DNA from: Myxococcota bacterium
GTDB lineage: Bacteria; Myxococcota_A; UBA796; CAJQPC01
Direction of reading: 5' to 3'
DNA length: 64,000 nucleotides
Assembly (NCBI GenBank): GCA_036012755.1
Contig: DASCPX010000070.1
Coordinates: 192,001-256,000, forward strand
Of this stretch, positions 47,928 to 57,760 are shown piece after piece. The position numbers and the translations under genes are program-made. Positions within the stretch are counted from its first letter, which is position 1; each line of letters begins with the position of its first letter. The notes under the pieces are model-generated. The model was given only the letters and a program-made list of their open reading frames with translations, was not told the DNA's origin and searched no databases.

Positions 47928-49702
47928 TCACCTGGCTGGCCTGTGCACCGCCGCTGCGGGCCCCAGAGGTCGTCGACAATCCCCACCAGGACTGGGATCG
48001 CGACGGCGTCACCGAAGCCGAGGGGGACTGCGACGACGACGATCGAGAGGCCCGTCCAGGGCGAGCGGAGACCTGCGACGGAAAGGACAACGACTGCGAC
48101 GGCGACGTCGACGAGGACGACGCCATCGACGCGGTGAGCTGGTACCAGGACCTCGACGGCGACGCCTACGGCTTCGGCGAGCGCGTCGCCTGCGCCCCTC
48201 CTGCCGGCTTCGTGAGCCTCGGCGGGGACTGCGACGATCAGGACGCCACCCGCAACCCTGGAGCCGAAGAGGTCTGCAACGAGCTCGACGACGACTGCGA
48301 CGGCACCGTCGACGGGGGGGCCGCCGACACCAGCACCTGGTACCGCGACGCGGACGAGGACGGCTTCGGGGGCGACGAGCTCTCCCTCGAGAGCTGCGAG
48401 GCCCCCGCTGGCTACATCGCGGAGGCTGGCGACTGCAACGACGACAGCGATCTGGCCTGGCCCGGCAACCCCGAGGTCTGCGGTGATGGCCTCGACAACG
48501 ACTGCAATGGCCTGTCCTCCGAGCCCTGCCTCGGCGAGGCTCTGGAGGGCGCTCAGCGCATCGACGGCGAGGCCGGAGGGGACCACGCGGGGAGGGGACT
48601 GTTCGGCCCCGGGGACCTCGACGGCGACGGGCTCGACGACCTGCTCGTCAGCGCCACCGAGCACGACGGGACCGCGGCGCTCAACGCCGGCATGGTCTAC
48701 CTGCTGCGCGGGCCGGTGAGCCCGGGGACGACCCTGGAGCAGGCGGACTGGACGCTGGAAGGGCTCGGAAAGAACGAGGAGACCGGGGCCGAGTTGGCCG
48801 CAGGCGAAGGCTGGCTCGCCATCGGGGCTCCTGGTGCGGATGTCGGGGATGGGACCATCGATCGGGCAGGGAAGGCCTGGCTGGTCCCTGCCGTGCCGGA
48901 GAGCGGGAGCGTGGAGGATGCGGCGATGCTCACCGTCGCGGGCCGGCACGAGAGCCAGCGGCTGGGCTCGGCCCTTGCCCTCCTCGACGACGACACCCTG
49001 GCCGTCGGAGCCGAGCGGACCTGGCTCGCCGAGCAGCAGCCGGGGGCCGTCTACCTCGTCGATCTCTCGCTCTCCGGCCTGATCGTGGCCTCTGAGGTGC
49101 CGCGGCTCGATGGCTACGGAGCCGGGTCCTACGCCGGCTCGGCGCTGGCCAGCGGGGACGTCGACGGCGACGGGCTGGACGAGCTCCTCGTCGGCGCCTG
49201 GGGCCGGAGCACCTATGGCTCCGCCTACCTGCTCAGCGGCCCATGGTCATCGGGACCCCTGACCGCGGGCTCCGAGCTCACGGGCTCCGAGGGCTCCGAC
49301 TTCGGCTGGTCCCTGCTCATCGAGGACCTCGACGGCGACGGGCTCGGCGAGGTGGTCGTCGGCGCCCCCGGGGACGACTCCGTGTTCGTCGATGGTCACG
49401 CCACCCTCATCGGTGGCGAGGGCTTCGGCACGGCGCTGGGGCACGCCGACCTCGACGGGGACGGCGTCGATGAGCTCCTGGTCGGTGGTGCTGACTCCGC
49501 CTGGGTCGTCCATGGGCCGGTCTCCGGCGTGCTCGAGCTCCCATGGGGCGACAGCGGCGAGCTCGGGGCGCGCGTGGAGGGCCTCGGTGACATCGACGGT
49601 GACGGGCACGAGGACCTCGCCATCGGCGCTCCTGCTTCTGGCGACGCGGAGGAGGGCGCAGTGCTGCTCTTGCGCGGAGCCGCCGAGGGACTGCCGTGGT
49701 AG
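47924..49702 (+). CDS. Lipoprotein with DCDD repeats and FG-GAP propeller (paralog of 44788..46737)
   Basis: GTGA overlap; MITWLAC-APPLRAPEVVDNP, similar to APELLAPPVLDNP in the paralog; same domain order. Confidence 0.85.
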   Translation: MITWLACAPPLRAPEVVDNPHQDWDRDGVTEAEGDCDDDDREARPGRAETCDGKDNDCDGDVDEDDAIDAVSWYQDLDGDAYGFGERVACAPPAGFVSLGGDCDDQDATRNPGAEEVCNELDDDCDGTVDGGAADTSTWYRDADEDGFGGDELSLESCEAPAGYIAEAGDCNDDSDLAWPGNPEVCGDGLDNDCNGLSSEPCLGEALEGAQRIDGEAGGDHAGRGLFGPGDLDGDGLDDLLVSATEHDGTAALNAGMVYLLRGPVSPGTTLEQADWTLEGLGKNEETGAELAAGEGWLAIGAPGADVGDGTIDRAGKAWLVPAVPESGSVEDAAMLTVAGRHESQRLGSALALLDDDTLAVGAERTWLAEQQPGAVYLVDLSLSGLIVASEVPRLDGYGAGSYAGSALASGDVDGDGLDELLVGAWGRSTYGSAYLLSGPWSSGPLTAGSELTGSEGSDFGWSLLIEDLDGDGLGEVVVGAPGDDSVFVDGHATLIGGEGFGTALGHADLDGDGVDELLVGGADSAWVVHGPVSGVLELPWGDSGELGARVEGLGDIDGDGHEDLAIGAPASGDAEEGAVLLLRGAAEGLPW

Positions 49703-49722
49703 CGCTGGGGTAGCCTGCGCCC

Positions 49723-51186
49723 GTGGAGCGCCTTCCCCGTCGGCTCGCGGACAGCCGCTACGTCCTGCTCGATGTCCTCGGCGAAGGAGGCATGGCGGTA
49801 GTGTACCGGGCCCGCGACGAGGGGCTGTCCGTCGAACGGGCCATCAAGGTGCTCGACCCCGGGTTGACCTCCGGCCCGCTGCGGAGGCGCTTCGTCCTCG
49901 AGGCCCAGACCATGGCCGGGCTCGATCACCCGAACCTCGTCACGGTCCACGACGTGCACGCCGACGACCCGGTCTTCCTCGTCATGGAGCTCATGGCTGG
50001 CAGCGTCCACCGCTGGCTCGGAAACCACGGGCCGATGCCGCCGCGCATGGCGGTCCAGGTCACCCGCGCGGTCCTTCAGGGCCTCGCCTATGCCCACGCC
50101 CGGGGCATCGTGCACAGGGACGTCAAGCCCCAGAACATCCTCGTCTCACCGGGGGGGACGGCGAAGCTCACCGACTTCGGCATCGCCCGGGTCGCCTCGG
50201 CTCGCACGAGGACCCGGACCGGTGCCGTGATGGGCACCTATGCCTACATGCCGCCAGAGCAGCGGGCCTCGGCCAAGCACGTGGACCACCGGGCGGACAT
50301 CTACGCCATCGGCGCCACGCTCTATGCGCTCGTCACGAACGACGAGCCTACGGATCTCTTCGCCAGCGAGTCCCACGCCCTCCGCTTCGAGGGTGTGCCC
50401 GAGCAGCTCCGCTCGGTCATCGTGGCTGCCTGTCGCTACGAGCCAGGGGACCGCTTCGCCGACGCAGAGGCCATGGACAAGGCGCTTGCGGTCGTCACGG
50501 CCGAGCTCCCCGACGTCCCCGAGGACACGCCACAGCTGTGGCGATGTGGGCCAGCCAGGCGGCACACGACCATCGACGACGAGGAGCACAGCTTCGACCA
50601 GCCGAGGGCCGCGGAGACCTGGCAGCCCCGGGCCGGGAGCGACACCCTGCCAGAGGCCCACACGACGGACGTGCCGATCACGGCTGCGCCGGAGTCCGCG
50701 CCGCGTGGTCCCCTGTTGGCAGGTCTGGCCTTGCTGATCGGAGTCAGCGGGGTGGCGGCGTGGAACTGGAGCCAGAGCCCCGAGCCGATCACGGTCGTCG
50801 TCGAAGAGCTCCCGGTCGAGACCACCGAGGTCGTACTCGACGAGCCCGAGCCCCCGGAGATCGCCGAGGTCGTCGAGATCGTAGAGATACCCCCAGCCGT
50901 CGCCGCCGTGGAGCCCGTAGTGATCGAGGAGGTCATCGAGCCGGTCTCCACCGACCCGGGGAGGCTGGTCGTGAACACGATCCCCAACGGCAAGGTGAAG
51001 GTCGACGATGGCGCTCGCCGTCCCGCTCCATGGCAGGGCGAGCTCTCCCCCGGAGACCACGTCGTGGTCATGGAGGCCTACGACGGCCGCCCACCCAAGA
51101 CGGTGACCCTCCCGGTCCCCCCCGGCGGCGAGCTGGTCTACTGCTGGGACTTCAACCGCGAGGACCGCTGCGCCGGGTCGCCTTGA
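49723..51186 (+). CDS. Ser/Thr protein kinase with TM helix and C-terminal PEGA-like domain
   Basis: LGEGGMAVVY, AIK, HRDVKPQN, DFG, GTYAYMPPEQ, DIYAIG; TM LLAGLALLIGVSGVAAW. Confidence 0.93.
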   Translation: MERLPRRLADSRYVLLDVLGEGGMAVVYRARDEGLSVERAIKVLDPGLTSGPLRRRFVLEAQTMAGLDHPNLVTVHDVHADDPVFLVMELMAGSVHRWLGNHGPMPPRMAVQVTRAVLQGLAYAHARGIVHRDVKPQNILVSPGGTAKLTDFGIARVASARTRTRTGAVMGTYAYMPPEQRASAKHVDHRADIYAIGATLYALVTNDEPTDLFASESHALRFEGVPEQLRSVIVAACRYEPGDRFADAEAMDKALAVVTAELPDVPEDTPQLWRCGPARRHTTIDDEEHSFDQPRAAETWQPRAGSDTLPEAHTTDVPITAAPESAPRGPLLAGLALLIGVSGVAAWNWSQSPEPITVVVEELPVETTEVVLDEPEPPEIAEVVEIVEIPPAVAAVEPVVIEEVIEPVSTDPGRLVVNTIPNGKVKVDDGARRPAPWQGELSPGDHVVVMEAYDGRPPKTVTLPVPPGGELVYCWDFNREDRCAGSP

Positions 51187-51202
51187 CGAGGTAGTAGTGC
51201 CC

Positions 51203-51814
51203 ATGCTCGAGCTCCTCGCCCGCATCGCGCTGCCTGCTACTGCGTTCACCATGGCCACCGCTGCCTTTGCCTGGCCGGCGCTCCGTCTCTACCGGCAGAC
51301 CGGTCTGTTCGTGCTCACCGCCGGGCGCAACCGCGAGGGTGTGGAGCTCTTCGTACACGTCCTCTTCGTCGTCGGGCTGGCCATCTACATGGGCTTCGCC
51401 GGCGCCTACGGGGCCCTCGGCGCTTCCTACCTGGGCGTCGAAGCGCCAGGGATCATCCCGCTCGTCGCTGGCATCGGAGCCTGCGTCTGCGGGCTCGTCG
51501 TCGTCGTCGTCGCCCAGCAGCAGATGGGACAGAGCTGGCGGGTGGGCATCGACACCGAGGAGACCGAGCTCGTGACCAGCGGGCTGTACTCGGTCATCCG
51601 CGCGCCGATCTACCTGGGCATCCTCGTCATGCTCGCAGGGGTCGTCCTCCTTGCACCCCTCCTGGTGCTCGTCGCCGGCTACCCGCTCGTGCTCGGCACG
51701 CTGATGTGGCAGGCCAGGCGCGAGGAGCAGCACATGCGCTCCCTCCACCCAGAGGCCTTCGACGCCTGGGCCGCGAAGACCGGGCGCTTCCTACCCGGGA
51801 TCGGGCGTCTCTGA
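51203..51814 (+). CDS. Isoprenylcysteine carboxyl methyltransferase / PEMT-family membrane protein
   Basis: QMGQSWRVGID, LVTSGLYSVIRAPIY, REEQHM, TGRFLP. Confidence 0.87.
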   Translation: MLELLARIALPATAFTMATAAFAWPALRLYRQTGLFVLTAGRNREGVELFVHVLFVVGLAIYMGFAGAYGALGASYLGVEAPGIIPLVAGIGACVCGLVVVVVAQQQMGQSWRVGIDTEETELVTSGLYSVIRAPIYLGILVMLAGVVLLAPLLVLVAGYPLVLGTLMWQARREEQHMRSLHPEAFDAWAAKTGRFLPGIGRL

Positions 51815-52369
51815 CCGGGCTCGCTGCAGCCAGGCCTCGGCGCTCTCTCCACGGCGCATCCGCGCCCTCGTCGCTTTTGTCTCCGGGGCCTCGAGCCGGC
51901 CGATGACGACCTCTGCGTCGCTCGGCGAGGTGCCCGTCAACAGCGCCGCATAGAGGCCCTCGTCGATGTGGAAGAGGTGGTCCTGCTCTGGGCGGCTCGC
52001 CTCCCGCAGGGCCGCGGTGAAGCCCTGCACATCAGCGGTCGTCTCGAAGACCACCAGGGTGTTGATGCCCCTGAGATCAGAAGACAACAAGGCCATGAGC
52101 CCCTTGTCGTTGCCCAGGCCGGTCACATCGTCCCTGCGCTCGACGTCGGTCTGGGCACGGGCGAGCAGCACCGCTCCGAGCCGGGAGTGAACGCGCCTCG
52201 CGACGATCCACGACAAGCCGAAGGCGACCGCCGCTGCGATGAGGACGGCCCGCTGACCCGGGCCCGCTCCGAGATCGACACCGCCCAGGCCAGCCGCGAT
52301 CGCGATGCCCGCCAGCGCCGGCAGCACCAGCTGCAGTGCAAGGAACAGCGTCGCGCGGCTCTCAGCCAT
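51791..52369 (-). CDS. Membrane protein with degenerate GGDEF-like domain
   Basis: Two TM helices, DDVTGLGN, and FHIDEGLYAALL in place of RxGGDEF. Confidence 0.6.
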   Translation of the reverse strand: MAESRATLFLALQLVLPALAGIAIAAGLGGVDLGAGPGQRAVLIAAAVAFGLSWIVARRVHSRLGAVLLARAQTDVERRDDVTGLGNDKGLMALLSSDLRGINTLVVFETTADVQGFTAALREASRPEQDHLFHIDEGLYAALLTGTSPSDAEVVIGRLEAPETKATRARMRRGESAEAWLQRARSETPDPG

Positions 52370-53201
52370 CGGGCGGGGGCTCGGTCTGGCCCCAGGTGTT
52401 GTCGCCCCAGCACTCGGCGTGCCCGTCGGTGGTGAGGGCGCAGGTGTGGCCGAGTCCAGCCTCGATGCTGGTGTACTCGCCGGGGATCGTCGTGGACTGC
52501 TTCAGGGCGTCCGAGCCCCAGCAGCGCGCTGTCTCGTCGTTCGCGAGCACGCAGGTGTGCTCGGCTCCGGCGGCCACCGAGAGGAAGACCCCAGAGGAGG
52601 TCGTCGTCTGGCCCTCGTCGTTGTTGCCCCAACAGCTCACGGCGTCGTCCGTGTCGATGGCGCAGCTGTGGCGCCCCCCTGCGGAGACCTCGACCCAGTC
52701 TCCTTCGGGCGCATCGGTCTGGCCGTCGGCGCCCTCTCCCCAGCAGACGAGCTGCTTGTCGGTGTCGATGGCGCAGCTGTGGTTGCTGCCAGCGGAGACC
52801 GCGGTGTAGGAGCCCTCTGGCACCTCGAGCTGACCCTCGAGGTCGCGCCCCCAGCAGGTGATGTCCCTGCCGTCCAGGCCGCATGTGTGCTCGTCCCCCA
52901 GGGCGAGGGCGTCGAAGCGGCTGTCATCGGGGGGCGAGGCCTGGCCGAAGAGATCGTCGCCCCAGCACGCGGGGACGCCGCCCACGACAAGGACGCAGAC
53001 GTGTCGCAGGCCGCTGGCCACGAGCGCGAAGCGGCCCTCTGCGGGCGCGTTCGTGACCTGCCGCTCGTCCTCTTCCCTGCCGTCGTCCTCGATGCCCCAG
53101 CAGGTGATGCTGCTGTCTTCGCGGAGGACACAGCTGTGGTAGCCGCCGACGGAGACCTGCTGCACGTCGCCGCCGCAGGCCAGGAGGAACAACCAGCTCA
53201 C
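52362..53201 (-). CDS. RCC1/BLIP-II-like repeat lipoprotein
   Basis: MSWLFLLAC; seven repeats of VSAGxxHxCAL...CWG. Confidence 0.88.
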   Translation of the reverse strand: MSWLFLLACGGDVQQVSVGGYHSCVLREDSSITCWGIEDDGREEDERQVTNAPAEGRFALVASGLRHVCVLVVGGVPACWGDDLFGQASPPDDSRFDALALGDEHTCGLDGRDITCWGRDLEGQLEVPEGSYTAVSAGSNHSCAIDTDKQLVCWGEGADGQTDAPEGDWVEVSAGGRHSCAIDTDDAVSCWGNNDEGQTTTSSGVFLSVAAGAEHTCVLANDETARCWGSDALKQSTTIPGEYTSIEAGLGHTCALTTDGHAECWGDNTWGQTEPPPDG

Positions 53202-53256
53202 GCCGGGAGTCTATCAATCAGCTCCGTAGTCACTCACCGGAGGCTATTGTCTGGAC

Positions 53257-54831
53257 GTGTCAAGGCCGAGTCGTCGAGACCTGCTGCGTGGACTGGGCGC
53301 GACCGCTGCGCTCGTCTTCGCGAGGCCCGCCTTCGCCGAGGACAGCGCCTGGCAGGTGAGCTACTGCGCCTGCTCCGACCTCGACGAGGCCCTCGACCAG
53401 CTCGCCGAGGTCGAGGCGGTGCTCGGCGAGGACGTCGCTCGCCGCATGGGCGTAGTGCTCACATCCGAGCGCGCCTACCACGTCGTGCTTCCGGTGGAGG
53501 GGGGCGAGGCCAAGGCCGCGGCCATCGTGGAGCAGCACGACCAGGTGCTCAAGGAGGCCTGGGGTGCCGACGAGGCCCAGGCGACGCTGCTGCAGGTCCG
53601 AGTCGAGACCGAGCTCTACAACGTCAGCTACGGCCTCGGCCCGAACTTCGACGCGCTGAAGCGGGACTACGACCGCGTGGCGCGAATGCTCGGCACGGGG
53701 GTGGCGCGGGACCTCGTCATCGAGCGGACCCAGAAGGGCAACTACGCCCTGGTCTACAGGCGCTACGGCGACCTCACCTCGACCCGCCGGGTGGCCTCGA
53801 AGCACGACTCGCTGTTGCGCAGCGTGGGCGTGGACGCCTCGGTCATTCGCCACAAGAACAACGCCATCGTCTGGAGCGGCTCGTCCGCTGTCGTGCCGCG
53901 GGTCTCGGTGGTCGTCCCCGACCCCGCAGAGGACCCAACGCTGGAGACGCCCGCGCTGGAGGTGCCCGCTCTCGAGGTGCCCGCTCTCGAGGTGCCTGCT
54001 CTCGAGGTCCCGGAGTCCCTCGTCGAGCTCATCGCGATGGCCGCTCCGGACTCGGCCCTCGCTGCTTCCATCGAGGGCCACGTCAAGGCCATGCGCGGTA
54101 GCGGCATCGTGGCCAGCGACGAGCACACCAGCTGGCTGGTCTACGACCTGCAGGAAGACAGGCCGCTGGCGTCGATCAACGTCGAGGTCCCGCGGCAGTG
54201 CGCATCGATGATCAAGCCGTTGGTGGCGCTCGCCTACTTCCACCGCGTGGCGGCAGAGGAGCTGAGCTACGGCGACGACGAGAAGCTGAAGTTCGAGCGC
54301 ATGATCCAGAAGTCCTCGAACAGCTCGACGGACTGGGCGATCGGAGAGGTTGGCGGCCCCGGAGCGGTCGACCGGCTGCTGGAGGAGCACTACAGCCACC
54401 TCTTCCCGCAGACAGAGGTCGTCGAGTACATCGGCAGCTCTGGTCGCACCTACCTGAACCTGGCCTCCGCCGGGGACCTCGGGCGCTTCCTCCGGGCGTT
54501 GTGGAGGGACGAGCTGCCGATGTCCAAGGAGCTCAAGCGGCTCATGAACCTACCCGGCCGCGACCGCCTCTTCGACGGCGCCCCGGCGATCCCGGTGGGC
54601 ACCGCCGTCTACAACAAGACCGGCAGCACGGCCAGGCTCTGCGGCGACATGGGCATCCTCGTCGCCCACAAGCCCGACGGATCGAGCTGGGCCTACGCCA
54701 TCGTCGGCATCATCGAAAAGGACTCCCGCACCTCGAGCTACACGAGCTGGATCCGCAACCGCAGCAAGGTCATCCGCTCGGTCTCGAACCTGGTCTATGT
54801 CGAGCTGAAGGACCTGGAGGGGCTGCTCTGA
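53257..54831 (+). CDS. Tat-exported class-A beta-lactamase-like serine hydrolase with N-terminal accessory domains
   Basis: SRRDLL twin-Arg signal; ASMIK, SSN, NKTGS; PALEV-repeat linker. Confidence 0.85.
   Translation: MSRPSRRDLLRGLGATAALVFARPAFAEDSAWQVSYCACSDLDEALDQLAEVEAVLGEDVARRMGVVLTSERAYHVVLPVEGGEAKAAAIVEQHDQVLKEAWGADEAQATLLQVRVETELYNVSYGLGPNFDALKRDYDRVARMLGTGVARDLVIERTQKGNYALVYRRYGDLTSTRRVASKHDSLLRSVGVDASVIRHKNNAIVWSGSSAVVPRVSVVVPDPAEDPTLETPALEVPALEVPALEVPALEVPESLVELIAMAAPDSALAASIEGHVKAMRGSGIVASDEHTSWLVYDLQEDRPLASINVEVPRQCASMIKPLVALAYFHRVAAEELSYGDDEKLKFERMIQKSSNSSTDWAIGEVGGPGAVDRLLEEHYSHLFPQTEVVEYIGSSGRTYLNLASAGDLGRFLRALWRDELPMSKELKRLMNLPGRDRLFDGAPAIPVGTAVYNKTGSTARLCGDMGILVAHKPDGSSWAYAIVGIIEKDSRTSSYTSWIRNRSKVIRSVSNLVYVELKDLEGLL
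53950..54009 (+). repeat. 15-nt coding tandem repeat x4 (PALEV)
   Basis: Units of cccgctctcgaggtg and variants. Confidence 0.9.
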
Positions 54832-54969
54832 CGGGGCCAGCGGAGCGGCGCGACCGTTCAGCTGCTACGGCAAGACCATCTCCAGCCTGAACCAGCCGTC
54901 TCCGAGCGCTCGGCAGTTGCTGTCGGTCCACACCCACTGCGCTCCGGTCCCCGTGATGTCACTGGGGGA

Positions 54970-55602
54970 GTGGCGACCGCGGCCGTGCCCCTGACCCTGA
55001 AGACCCTGCCGTCCGCGGACGACGATGACGGTGACGGCTTCGGCGCGCTCGACTGTGACGACACCGACGCCAGCGTCTTCCCGGGCGCCGACGAGGCGCC
55101 GGACTGGCTCGACAACGACTGTGACGGCGACGACGACTGCGACGGGTTGGTCGATGACGCCTGTGTCGGCGAGGTCTCGACCTCGATCGTCGGTGATCTC
55201 CGGCTCTCCCAGACCACCATCGAGAGCGGCCAGAGCCTGACCTTGTCGGTCTGGCTCGACGGGCCTGGGCAGCTGTTGTTCACCCTGCCGGAGGGCGAGA
55301 CCATGGAGTCCGACTACGCCACGTGGACCGCACCGGCCGTGGAGGAGCCCACCAGCTTCGTCGTTGCGGTCGAGGTCTACCAGGACGGGGAGCGCACGGA
55401 CTTCCGGACGGGCGAGCTCGGTGTCTGGCCTCCGGACACCCTCGCCGTGGCCGAGCCCGAGCTGGTCGAGGTCCCCTCCGGTTGCTCGACGAGCCGTGGA
55501 CCAGCTGGCACGGTCCTTGTCATCGCCGGATTGCTGCTCGTCGTTAGAAACCGGCGATGCTCTTCGCACTGCTCGCCTGCAACGGCCCCCAGACCTTCCT
55601 GA
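54970..55602 (+). CDS. Probably 5'-truncated surface protein: DCDD repeat, Ig/PKD-like domain, MYXO-CTERM-like tail
   Basis: DGDGFGALDCDD..DNDCDG; C-terminal SGCSTS-hydrophobic helix-RNRR; no signal peptide or SD. Confidence 0.6.
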   Translation: MATAAVPLTLKTLPSADDDDGDGFGALDCDDTDASVFPGADEAPDWLDNDCDGDDDCDGLVDDACVGEVSTSIVGDLRLSQTTIESGQSLTLSVWLDGPGQLLFTLPEGETMESDYATWTAPAVEEPTSFVVAVEVYQDGERTDFRTGELGVWPPDTLAVAEPELVEVPSGCSTSRGPAGTVLVIAGLLLVVRNRRCSSHCSPATAPRPS

Positions 55603-56588
55603 CCTACAACGCCGGCCTCGCGGTCGGCTTCGTGCCCGGCGCCGAGGATCGGGCTGCCAAGACGGCGGCCGCGGTCAACGGCGTCGAGGCCGACCTCGTC
55701 TGCCTGCAGGAGGTCTGGCGCTCCGACCACGCCGAGCTCTTCACGGGGGGCTGGGCCTCGACCTACGTGCCGGATGCCCAGCAGGACCTCGGCGATGGCG
55801 CCGCCTGCACAGAGGACGATCTGTCCAGCCTCGTCGAGTGCCTGGACGAGAACTGCTTGGACGTCTGCACCGACGAGCTCGTCGACTGTGTCTTCGACAA
55901 CTGCGCCTTCCCCTTCCTCGGGCTCGAGACCGGCTGCCAGAGCTGCGTGATGGCGAACGTCGGCGGCGACATCGACGCGGTCACCGAGACCTGCCTCGTC
56001 GAGTCGACCACCTACGCCTACGACGGCAGCTTCGGCACGGCGCTGCTGTCCCCCCATCCGCTGGTCGGCGCAGAGGAGCACGTCTTCTCCAGCACCACGA
56101 ACCGGCGCTCGGCGCTGCACGCCGTGATGGAGGGGCCCGCCGGAGACGTGGACGTCTACTGCACGCACCTCACGGCGGTCTTCGATCTCATCCCGTACAC
56201 CGGCGACGCCGGCTCATGGGACGAGGAGCAGGAGGCGCAGGTCGCGGAGCTCCGGGACTGGGTCGACCAGACCGCCACCAACCCGGTCGTGATGCTCGGC
56301 GACTTCAACAACGGGCCGACGGACAACGTCAACAACTACAACGACCTGTCCAAGGGCTTCGACAACGCCTACCTCGAGGCCGGGCTGGACTGCACCTACT
56401 GCTCCGACAACCCGCTGAACTCGGAAGACAGCGAGGATCGCGTCATCGACCACGTGCTCACCCGGGATCTCGGCGGGGAGTTCGTCGCCGAGCGGACGCT
56501 CGACGCCCCGGTCGAGATCGAGTCCTGCGGGACCTCGTCAGAGGGCGCCTACTCGGACCACTACGGCGTCAGGGTCACCAATCAGTAG
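55557..56588 (+). CDS. Endonuclease/exonuclease/phosphatase-family lipoprotein with Cys-rich insertion
   Basis: MLFALLAC; TYNAGL, DLVCLQEV, CTHL, GDFN, IDHV, SDHYGV. Confidence 0.88.
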   Translation: MLFALLACNGPQTFLTYNAGLAVGFVPGAEDRAAKTAAAVNGVEADLVCLQEVWRSDHAELFTGGWASTYVPDAQQDLGDGAACTEDDLSSLVECLDENCLDVCTDELVDCVFDNCAFPFLGLETGCQSCVMANVGGDIDAVTETCLVESTTYAYDGSFGTALLSPHPLVGAEEHVFSSTTNRRSALHAVMEGPAGDVDVYCTHLTAVFDLIPYTGDAGSWDEEQEAQVAELRDWVDQTATNPVVMLGDFNNGPTDNVNNYNDLSKGFDNAYLEAGLDCTYCSDNPLNSEDSEDRVIDHVLTRDLGGEFVAERTLDAPVEIESCGTSSEGAYSDHYGVRVTNQ

Positions 56589-57112
56589 CGCCGCGCCGAC
56601 CGCCGGCGCGCCGACCACCGGGACTTGGAGGCCAGGGTGGGCCCCCAGGCGATGATGGCGCTGTAGGCGACGCTGGCGATGACGCAGCCGGCGGCCACGC
56701 CGTAGATGTCCTCTTCGGGCGGCAGCGCGCTGGTCAGGATGAGGGCCGGGACGGCGCCTGCCACGAAGCCCCCGAGGGTGGCGGGGATCATCCAGGTCAC
56801 GGCCCCTGCCGCCTGGATGCCGAAGGGCTGGCCGTTGACGATCCAGCTGCCCAGGCTCGCGGTCATCACCCCCATCGCCGGGATCGTCACCAGCCAGGGG
56901 TAGACGGGCAGGTTGGGGTCGGAGAAACGCCAGGCGGTGAGACCTACGGTGGTCGCGCTCATGGCCACGGCGGTCGAGAGCGCCGAGATCTCCCAGGTGC
57001 GGGCTGTCGGGAAGCGATCGTAGGAACCGGCGATCCAGCCGTAGCCTGTCGGCTCGTGGACGCCGAGATCGGTCGCGGCGGCCGTACTCATCGTGGCGAG
57101 AAGCGCTAGCAT
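56582..57112 (-). CDS. Hypothetical membrane protein
   Basis: SD GGAGAG; short signal followed by about four hydrophobic helices. Confidence 0.6.
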   Translation of the reverse strand: MLALLATMSTAAATDLGVHEPTGYGWIAGSYDRFPTARTWEISALSTAVAMSATTVGLTAWRFSDPNLPVYPWLVTIPAMGVMTASLGSWIVNGQPFGIQAAGAVTWMIPATLGGFVAGAVPALILTSALPPEEDIYGVAAGCVIASVAYSAIIAWGPTLASKSRWSARRRSARRY

Positions 57113-57193
57113 GCTCTCTCCACCTGCCGATCTCAGCCTACGCCCTTTCTGCAGGGGCTGTGACACTCGTTGGCGGATACTCCGCGGGCTGTG

Positions 57194-57760
57194 ATGCTCC
57201 GGCTGTCATTCCTTGCCTGCGCCGCGAAGCAGGACATCGGACTCTCTGACGGCGAGGTCGTCGAGCAGTTCAAGGGACTCCACGCCCCGGTCTACGAGGT
57301 CTATGACCTCGCCGGCGATCGACAGGCCATCCACGAGCTGCTGAGCGACAGCTTCACCGGCGAGGCCCTGACCAGGGAGTACGTCGAGCACTGGACGACC
57401 CTGGCCCACATGGAGCGCGAGCAGACCTCGATCCGCGTGAAGAAGGTGGACTACGAGACGGTCGAGGTCCTCGAGCGCGCCCCGGGCGAGGTCCGGGTGG
57501 ACGTGGACTGGTCCGTCGGCGGCATCGTGACCCACCAGGCCCACAAGCACCCCCGGGTGAATCGCTACCGCGCCGTCTACACGTTGCGAGAGACCCCGGA
57601 CGGCCTGCGCATCACCGCCACGCGCATGCGCAACCTCGAGCGCATCAAGAACGTGCTCTCGACCACCGACGACGAGGGCTTCCTGCTCGACGAGCTCCCC
57701 AGCGGCGGGGGCGGCTTCATGGATCCCCTGGACCTGCTCGAGCTCATGGAGGGGGAGTGA
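57194..57760 (+). CDS. Hypothetical lipoprotein, first gene of the ABC operon
   Basis: MLRLSFLAC; GIVTHQAHKHPRVNRY; stop overlaps the GTG of the next gene. Confidence 0.72.
   Translation: MLRLSFLACAAKQDIGLSDGEVVEQFKGLHAPVYEVYDLAGDRQAIHELLSDSFTGEALTREYVEHWTTLAHMEREQTSIRVKKVDYETVEVLERAPGEVRVDVDWSVGGIVTHQAHKHPRVNRYRAVYTLRETPDGLRITATRMRNLERIKNVLSTTDDEGFLLDELPSGGGGFMDPLDLLELMEGE

Noticed and set aside
57150..57190. Zur/Fur box upstream of the metal ABC operon
   Set aside because: No convincing palindrome.
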